Of a DNA stretch of 64,000 nucleotides, positions 58,183 through 64,000 are shown in pieces; within the stretch, counting starts at the first letter, position 1, and each line of letters starts with the position of its first letter. A program made the translations under genes and the position numbers. The notes beneath the pieces were generated by a model that saw only the letters and a list, made by a program, of their open reading frames with translations, made no database searches and was not told where the DNA came from. Source of the DNA: Gemmatimonadota bacterium (GTDB lineage Bacteria; Gemmatimonadota; Gemmatimonadetes; Palauibacterales; KS3-K002); assembly GCA_020344375.1 (NCBI GenBank), contig CP070823.1, forward strand, positions 976,617-1,040,616, in the 5' to 3' direction.

Positions 58183-60084
58183 GTGTGCGGGATCACGGGC
58201 ACCTTCAACTTCGGCGACGTGGGGCTGCTCCGCGCGATGACCCAGTCTATCGCGCACCGCGGTCCCGACGGCGAGTACCTGTATGGGGACGGGCCGGTGC
58301 ACCTCGGGAACCGACGCCTGGCGATCCTGGACCCGGAGCATGGGGCGCAGCCCATGTTCAACGAGTCCGGGTCGGTCGCGGTGATCTACAACGGCGAGAT
58401 CTACAACTATCCCGAACTGAGGCAGCACCTTCTCTCCAGCGGCCACACACTCAAGACACGTTGTGATACGGAGCTACTTCCTCACCTCTACGAAGAAGAG
58501 GGGATCGATTTCGTCCAGCGGCTCAATGGGATCTTCGCCTTTGCCTTGTGGGATCGCGACCTGAACAAGCTCTTCCTGGTGCGCGACCCGCTGGGAGTCA
58601 AACCGCTGGTCTTCGCGCAGGTTGGCGACAGACTCGCCTTCGGCTCGGAAGCGAAGGCTGTGCTGGCCAGCCGCCTGGTCGCCGCCGAACTGGACGAGGT
58701 CAGCCTGCACCTGACCATGAACCTGCGCTATATCCCCGGGGAACGAACGCTCTTTCGCGGTATCCGGCGGCTCCCGCCGGGCACTATTCTCGAGGTGGAC
58801 CGGGCCGGCCTGCGCAGCCGCGAGTACGGAACGATCGATTGGAGTCCCCGGACGCGCTCGCTTGGAGACTGGATCGAGGCGATCCGGGCGCATGTCGAGC
58901 AGGCAGTCCACCGCCAGCTCCTCTCAGACGTGCCCCTGGGCGTTTCACTATCCGGTGGCATCGACTCCAGCGGTCTGGTCGCGATGATCCGCAAACGCTA
59001 CTCCGGGCCGCTGAAGACCTTCACGCTCGGGTTCAACGAACCATGGGATGAGAACGAAGATGCCCGCTTCGTCGCCGAGCGATTCGGAACGGAGCACCAC
59101 GAGATCGTTCTGCACGAGCCGGCGATGGGCTACCTGAAAGAGGCGATCTACTTCACTGAAGAGCCCAAGGTAAACTGTCTTCAGCTGTTTCTCCTCCACC
59201 GGTTCGTCAGCGAGCACGTCAAGGTGGCTCTGTCGGGCCTCGGGGGAGACGAACTCTTTGGCGGCTACGACTTCTACACGTACCTCGGTCGTCTGCGCTG
59301 GCTGCGAGAGGTCCTGCCACGAGGGTTCTCGCGCCGCGTGCTGGGGCCAGCTCTCGACCGCTTGGCGCGGATGACGGCACGACTCGACCGACCCTCGCTG
59401 GACCTCTACGTGCGCGGGCTGGAGTGGGTCGGCTGCCTGCACGATGGGGCGCGCCACTACTTGCTTCTACGTAACGCCTGGGACTTCAATCCTGTCCTGC
59501 TTCAGCGAGTCTATACGCGAGATTTTCTCGACCGGCTCGAGGTTCGCTGCCGCGACGGCTTTGACGGCTTCTTCCCAGCCGAACGCGCCGTGGAAAGTGA
59601 GGCCTTACGCGCCGAATTCCGGACCAAGCTGGTCAACGACCTGCTGCATAACGAAGACACGATGTCGATGGCGCACTCCGTTGAATCGAGAGTGCCACTG
59701 CTGGATCTGGAGCTGGTCCGCTTCGCTGCCCATATCCCGGATGAGCTCCGCTTTCGAGGCGGATTGAAATGGCTGCTCAAGAGAGCGTTCAAGGGAATCG
59801 TCCCGGACGAGACGCTGGCGAAGAAGAAGTGGGGCTTCACGGTCGACCCGGTCGAGCAGTACAAGAAGGACCTGCGGGCTATGGCCGCAGAACTGCTGAC
59901 GCCCGACCGACTGCGCCGTACCGGGATCTTCAACCCACGTTTCGTGACCAGCCTTCTCAGCTCGCGCCCACATCCGCGTCTGCGCTGGCACTACTTCATG
60001 CTGTGGCAGATGATCGGGGTGGAACTCTGGCATGAGCTGTTTCTCGAGCATGATCCGGCTGGCGTCGATGGGACCGGGCCATGA
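58183..60084 (+). CDS. Asparagine synthase (glutamine-hydrolysing)-like amidotransferase
   Basis: (M)CGITG with an N-terminal nucleophile Cys2. Carries the SGGIDSS PP-loop; 633 aa. Confidence 0.85.
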   Translation: MCGITGTFNFGDVGLLRAMTQSIAHRGPDGEYLYGDGPVHLGNRRLAILDPEHGAQPMFNESGSVAVIYNGEIYNYPELRQHLLSSGHTLKTRCDTELLPHLYEEEGIDFVQRLNGIFAFALWDRDLNKLFLVRDPLGVKPLVFAQVGDRLAFGSEAKAVLASRLVAAELDEVSLHLTMNLRYIPGERTLFRGIRRLPPGTILEVDRAGLRSREYGTIDWSPRTRSLGDWIEAIRAHVEQAVHRQLLSDVPLGVSLSGGIDSSGLVAMIRKRYSGPLKTFTLGFNEPWDENEDARFVAERFGTEHHEIVLHEPAMGYLKEAIYFTEEPKVNCLQLFLLHRFVSEHVKVALSGLGGDELFGGYDFYTYLGRLRWLREVLPRGFSRRVLGPALDRLARMTARLDRPSLDLYVRGLEWVGCLHDGARHYLLLRNAWDFNPVLLQRVYTRDFLDRLEVRCRDGFDGFFPAERAVESEALRAEFRTKLVNDLLHNEDTMSMAHSVESRVPLLDLELVRFAAHIPDELRFRGGLKWLLKRAFKGIVPDETLAKKKWGFTVDPVEQYKKDLRAMAAELLTPDRLRRTGIFNPRFVTSLLSSRPHPRLRWHYFMLWQMIGVELWHELFLEHDPAGVDGTGP

Positions 60085-62150
60085 AAGAGTCCGCGGCCCG
60101 CCCGAGAAAGACGCTGAAATCCGCCAAGATCTCTCGACACAGACCAATCCTCGGCGGCCTGCTCGCGGCGCCGTCGCTTTGCGCCGTGGTCGCCGCCCAT
60201 CTCTACGTCTACCCCCGCGGCTTGGCCTACGCGGGCCCGCTCCTCATACTCGACCATCTGTTCGATCTGCTGGCCGTGACGGCCCTGATCGCCATAGCCA
60301 TCGCCGTCGGCAACTACGCACTGTCAAAGGTCGGCCTTGATCTTGTACACCCCATCGAGGCCCTTGCCTTCGGCGCCGCCGTTGGTGTTGGCCTCATCTC
60401 GACGTCCTTCCTCGTCCTCGGCTTCCTCTCCGGATTGCACGCACCGATCCTGGCGGCCGCCCTTGGCCTCTGGGCGTTGTTGGCTCGGCGGGAGCTCGGC
60501 GAGCTGCCGCGAATCCTGCGGCAGGCTCGCAGCGAGCTGATCGCAAGCGCTGGCGATCGGGCACTGCTCCTCATCGGTATCCTGGTCGTCGCAGCGGCGA
60601 CGGCCTTCATCCTGATCATGGCCCTTGCACCGCCTGTCGACTGGGACGCCCTCACGTACCACCTACAGGTACCGGCTCATTTTCTAGCGGAGGGCCGCAT
60701 CTATCTGCCGGACGACAACCTGCACACGGCCTACGTCGGGCTCGTCCACATGCTGTATCTGCCTTTGCTGGCGCTGGGCAGTACCTCGGGACCGGCACTC
60801 TTCAGCGCGGTCATGGCCCTACTGCTGGGCCTCACGGCCTTCTCGCTCGCAGCCCGCTTGCTCGACGGCCGAACCGCGAGCCTTGCCCTCGGCCTGGTGT
60901 GGGGAACGACGACCTTGCTGCTGGTAGCGATCACTCCGCGGATCGACGTCACGCTCGCTCTCTATCTTCTACTCGCCCATTACGCTCTGCTGCTCGCCGC
61001 ATCCTCTCCCTCTCAACGCGACTATTTCTACCTGGCAGCGCTTCTACTCGGATTCGCCTTTGCATCCAAGTACCACGCCGTCCCCTACATCGTGGGCCTG
61101 ACGCCCTTGATTCTCTGGCTTTCGGTATCTGGTTGGGAGCGGCGAGCCGCGTCCGCTCGCGCCCTGTCCCTCTTCAGTCTGATCCTCCTCTCAGCCGCGG
61201 TTCCCTGGCTGCTGAAGAACTGGGTTCTCCTCGGCGCGCCGCTCTATCCGCTCCTGGCCGACAACAGGTTAGAGCCGTGGCTCGTGACGTTCTACGGCAC
61301 CGCCACGCTCCCCTCCTCGGTCAGCCCCGAGATCTATCATCTGCTCGATGCCGCCCGATTGCCCTTTAACCTTCCAGCTGCTTTCTTCTCGCCCGGTCGG
61401 TTGACGATCGAATTCGAGGGGGCCTTTCACTACGCCAACCCTGTCCTGCTGCTGCTGCCGCTCTGGCTGTTCTTCCTGCGGAAGAGGACGATCAACTGGT
61501 TGATCATCCCCGCCATCGGGTACCTGCTCGTGCTGATCTTACCTTTCGGGACGACCAACCTCCGTTACCTGATCCCGGCGAGCGTGCCTCTGACGTTGGC
61601 CGCAGTGCACATGCTCGTGCGGACGAGCGAGCGCCATCTGTCAATCGCGATGGGCCGGCTCCTTCTCGTCGCGCTGGCGGCTATTGCCCTAGTGCCGTCG
61701 GCCCGGACCGCGTACGTGTGGCTCCGTCACACCGAGGCGCTCCCCTATCTGATCGGCGCGACCTCAGGCGAAGAGTACATGGCCACGCACCTTGATCCCG
61801 GCGTCCGTACTCTCGTCCCGGTCGTGAGGTTCGTGAATCAGCGCCTGCCCGAGGGCAGTCGCATCTTGATGCTCTATGAGGCCCGGGGCTTCTACTTCCG
61901 AAGGCCGGTGATCGAGGACACCTGGGTCACGAACTGGCCACTGCTCGCCCATCGTCTGCCTCGTGACCGGTGCCTGGAGCAGGCCGGCATCAGCCACTTG
62001 CTCGTGAACTACGGAGCCGTCAGCTACTACCTACGGCGCGGAGTTGATCCCCGGCTGTTCCAGTGGCAGGCTTTCACGGACTTCGCCGACAGGTGCCTGG
62101 GCGAGCCGGTCTTTCAGGACCCGGCCTTCCTCGTCTTCCAGAGCCGCTAG
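60081..62150 (+). CDS. Polytopic membrane protein, GT-C-like; paralog of 41256-43322
   Basis: 689 aa with an ATGA overlap to the AsnB-like gene. See 41256-43322 for the shared blocks. Confidence 0.6.
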   Translation: MKESAARPRKTLKSAKISRHRPILGGLLAAPSLCAVVAAHLYVYPRGLAYAGPLLILDHLFDLLAVTALIAIAIAVGNYALSKVGLDLVHPIEALAFGAAVGVGLISTSFLVLGFLSGLHAPILAAALGLWALLARRELGELPRILRQARSELIASAGDRALLLIGILVVAAATAFILIMALAPPVDWDALTYHLQVPAHFLAEGRIYLPDDNLHTAYVGLVHMLYLPLLALGSTSGPALFSAVMALLLGLTAFSLAARLLDGRTASLALGLVWGTTTLLLVAITPRIDVTLALYLLLAHYALLLAASSPSQRDYFYLAALLLGFAFASKYHAVPYIVGLTPLILWLSVSGWERRAASARALSLFSLILLSAAVPWLLKNWVLLGAPLYPLLADNRLEPWLVTFYGTATLPSSVSPEIYHLLDAARLPFNLPAAFFSPGRLTIEFEGAFHYANPVLLLLPLWLFFLRKRTINWLIIPAIGYLLVLILPFGTTNLRYLIPASVPLTLAAVHMLVRTSERHLSIAMGRLLLVALAAIALVPSARTAYVWLRHTEALPYLIGATSGEEYMATHLDPGVRTLVPVVRFVNQRLPEGSRILMLYEARGFYFRRPVIEDTWVTNWPLLAHRLPRDRCLEQAGISHLLVNYGAVSYYLRRGVDPRLFQWQAFTDFADRCLGEPVFQDPAFLVFQSR

Positions 62151-62215
62151 CGCGCCTCTCCTCATTCACCGCCTGGCCAGGCAAGCCCGCCGCTCTGCCG
62201 AGCAGGCAGCCTGCA

Positions 62216-62252
62216 GCAAAAAAAGAAGCCGGCCCGCGCGAAGCGGGCCGGC
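62216..62252. terminator. Bidirectional intrinsic terminator between convergent genes (GT-C paralog and pilC)
   Basis: Perfect 10-bp stem GCCGGCCCGC/GCGGGCCGGC with loop GCGAA. It is flanked by an AAAAAAAGAA tract that reads as TTCTTTTTTT after the hairpin on the pilC strand. Confidence 0.75.
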
Positions 62253-62280
62253 CTCTACAACGCAGGTGTCGGCGCTCAGA

Positions 62281-63483
62281 TCACTGGCCGACCACGTTGA
62301 TCATGTCGAAGATCGGCAAGTACATCGAGACGATCATGCCGCCCACGACCACACCCAGGAACACGATCAGCATGGGCTCCATAGCCGCAAGCAGCGCTTC
62401 AACCGCGGTATCGACCTCGTCGTCGTAGAAATCGGCGATCTTATCGAGCATCTCGTCGATCGTACCCGTCTGCTCGCCCACGTTGATCATCTGGGTGACC
62501 ATCGGCGGGAAGACACCCGATTGCTTCAGCGGCTCGGCGATCGTCTCACCGCCGGCAATCGACGAGCGGCTCCGCATCACCGCGTCATGGATCACGCGAT
62601 TGCCCGCGGTCCGGGCCGTGATCTCCAAGCCATCCAGGATCGAGACGCCCGAGGAGAGCAGCGTGCCCAGCGTCCGCGTGAACCTGGCGACCGCGCTCTT
62701 GCGCAGCAGGTCTCCGATGATCGGGACACGCAAAAGCAGCTTGTCCAGCGCGAGTCGCCCCGCGGATGTCTTGTAGTACATGCGGATGCTCCAGACACCT
62801 GCGGCGATCAGACCCAACATCAGCCACCAGTAGGTCTGCAGCATCTCGGACAGCCAGATGACGAATCGCGTCGGTGCAGGAAGCGCCAGGTCGACGCTGG
62901 AGAACATGCTCTCGAACGTGGGGATCACGAACACGAGCAGCACGGTAACGGCGACGACCGCGACAGCCAGAATCACTGCCGGGTAGATCATCGCGCCCTT
63001 CACCTTGCGGACCAGCGCCTCGTTCTTCTCGAGGAACACCGAGAGACGCAGTAGTACGGTGTCCAGAATACCGCCGGCCTCACCCGCCGCGACCATGTTC
63101 ACGTACAGGTCACTGAACACCTTGGGGTGGTTGCGCAGCGCGTCGGCGAGCGTCGCGCCGGACTCCACGTCCGCCTGGACCTCCTTGATCGTCGTCGCCA
63201 GAAACTTGTTGTCCGTCTGCTGAGCGAGGATGTCGAGGCACTGAACCAGGGGCAGACCCGAGTTGACCATCGTCGCGAACTGCCGCGTGAAGTGCACGGT
63301 CTCCTTCATCTTCACGCGACGGCCGAAGCTGATCGTAATGTCCTTCGGCTTCTCCCTGACCGTCACCGGGATCAGCCGCTGCCGGCGCAAGTAGCCGATG
63401 ACGGCTTCACGGTTCGGCAGATCGACGTTACCGGTCTGTATGTCCCCAGTTACTGTCTTAGCGCTATAGATGAAGATCGGCAT
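62281..63483 (-). CDS. pilC: Type IV pilus platform protein PilC (GspF family)
   Basis: 400 aa with two GspF repeats and three TM blocks. Ends ...MYLPIFDMINVV. Confidence 0.92.
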   Translation of the reverse strand: MPIFIYSAKTVTGDIQTGNVDLPNREAVIGYLRRQRLIPVTVREKPKDITISFGRRVKMKETVHFTRQFATMVNSGLPLVQCLDILAQQTDNKFLATTIKEVQADVESGATLADALRNHPKVFSDLYVNMVAAGEAGGILDTVLLRLSVFLEKNEALVRKVKGAMIYPAVILAVAVVAVTVLLVFVIPTFESMFSSVDLALPAPTRFVIWLSEMLQTYWWLMLGLIAAGVWSIRMYYKTSAGRLALDKLLLRVPIIGDLLRKSAVARFTRTLGTLLSSGVSILDGLEITARTAGNRVIHDAVMRSRSSIAGGETIAEPLKQSGVFPPMVTQMINVGEQTGTIDEMLDKIADFYDDEVDTAVEALLAAMEPMLIVFLGVVVGGMIVSMYLPIFDMINVVGQ

Positions 63484-63559
63484 CTCTCGTTCCCTGCCTG
63501 GTTACTGTGGTATCGGGCGGCCACCGGAACCCGGCGGTCCCCCGCCAACTATCCTTAAG

Positions 63560-64000
63560 CTACGCCGGGACGGGCTCGCCTGCCAAGCGCAGGAGCTCGT
63601 TCGGGTCGGATGAGCGTTTCAAGGCCTCCTCTAGCTTGATCTCTCCGGTGAGATACAACTGATAGAGGGCGTCGTTGAGCGTCTGCATCCCGTGTTTCTT
63701 TCCGGCCTGCATCAGCCCATAGATCTGCTGGACCTTATTGTCACGAATCACGGATCGAATCGCCGGGGTCGCGATCATTATCTCGCACGCCACAACGCGG
63801 CCGCGCCCTCTCGACTTCGGAAGCAGGGTCTGTGTAATGACACCCTCCAGTACGAACGACAGCTGCGCCCGGACCTGCGACTGCTGGTGCGACGGGAAGA
63901 CGTCTATGATCCGGTTGATGCTTTCAGCGGCCGAGTTCGTGTGGAGCGTTGCCAGGCACAGGTGGCCGGTCTCGGCCGCGGTCAGTGTCATCGCGACGGT
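63560..64000 (-). CDS. pilT: Twitching-motility retraction ATPase PilT, C-terminal part; gene continues beyond right edge
   Basis: GHLCLATLHTNSAAESINRIIDVFP and the TPAIRSVIRDNK (AIRNLIRE-type) PilT signature. The reading frame is open to position 64000. Confidence 0.9.
   Translation of the reverse strand, partial: TVAMTLTAAETGHLCLATLHTNSAAESINRIIDVFPSHQQSQVRAQLSFVLEGVITQTLLPKSRGRGRVVACEIMIATPAIRSVIRDNKVQQIYGLMQAGKKHGMQTLNDALYQLYLTGEIKLEEALKRSSDPNELLRLAGEPVPA

Overview
High-GC bacterial chromosomal segment (about 65-70% GC by eye). No rRNA, CRISPR array, IS element or prophage was recognised. My lineage guess is Gemmatimonadota-like or deltaproteobacteria-like, based on gene order only and unverified.

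Left third, 0-21 kb (housekeeping):
- The 5' end of pilD runs off the left edge.
- Then come trmH-family, thiD, a rhomboid protease, dnaK, htrA, tRNA-Leu(UAG) and tig-clpP-clpX.
- These are followed by a lipoprotein, an orphan sigma-54 activator and mogA-gcvT.
- The block ends with a Firmicute-style topA-trmFO-xerC-hslV-hslU run.

Remaining two thirds, 21-64 kb (an extended type IV pilus locus, M. xanthus-like in organisation):
- On the minus strand: pilT-pilC ... pilS-pilR ... three GT-C-like membrane proteins, pilA, a second NtrC-type kinase/regulator pair, fimT-pilV-pilW-pilX-like minor pilins, pilMNOPQ and an 888-aa lipoprotein.

Most interesting content:
- About 27 kb (35.5-62.2 kb) sits between pilA and pilC. 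It holds five GT-C-like polytopic membrane proteins: one TMTC-like with TPR repeats directly upstream of pilA, and two that are full-length paralogs of each other.
- The same stretch includes a tightly packed 13-gene plus-strand operon. It encodes a GtrB/ArnC-like polyprenyl-phosphate sugar synthase, a flippase-like membrane protein and rmlA-rmlB-wecE-wecD-like genes.
- That operon also encodes an NDP-hexose 2,3-dehydratase-like half-size protein, a Gfo/Idh/MocA reductase, DUF354 and an AsnB-like amidotransferase.
- I read this as a candidate periplasmic protein (pilin) glycosylation system that uses an unusual dTDP-derived acetamido-deoxy sugar. This is inference from motifs and synteny, not a demonstrated function.

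Regulatory observations:
- A perfect sigma-54 promoter lies upstream of dnaK.
- A good sigma-54 promoter lies upstream of pilA.
- A shared TTGCA-N3-TGCAA inverted repeat occurs upstream of pilA and in the pilS/glycosylation-operon divergent region.

All family assignments come from motif recognition by eye. No database search was run.
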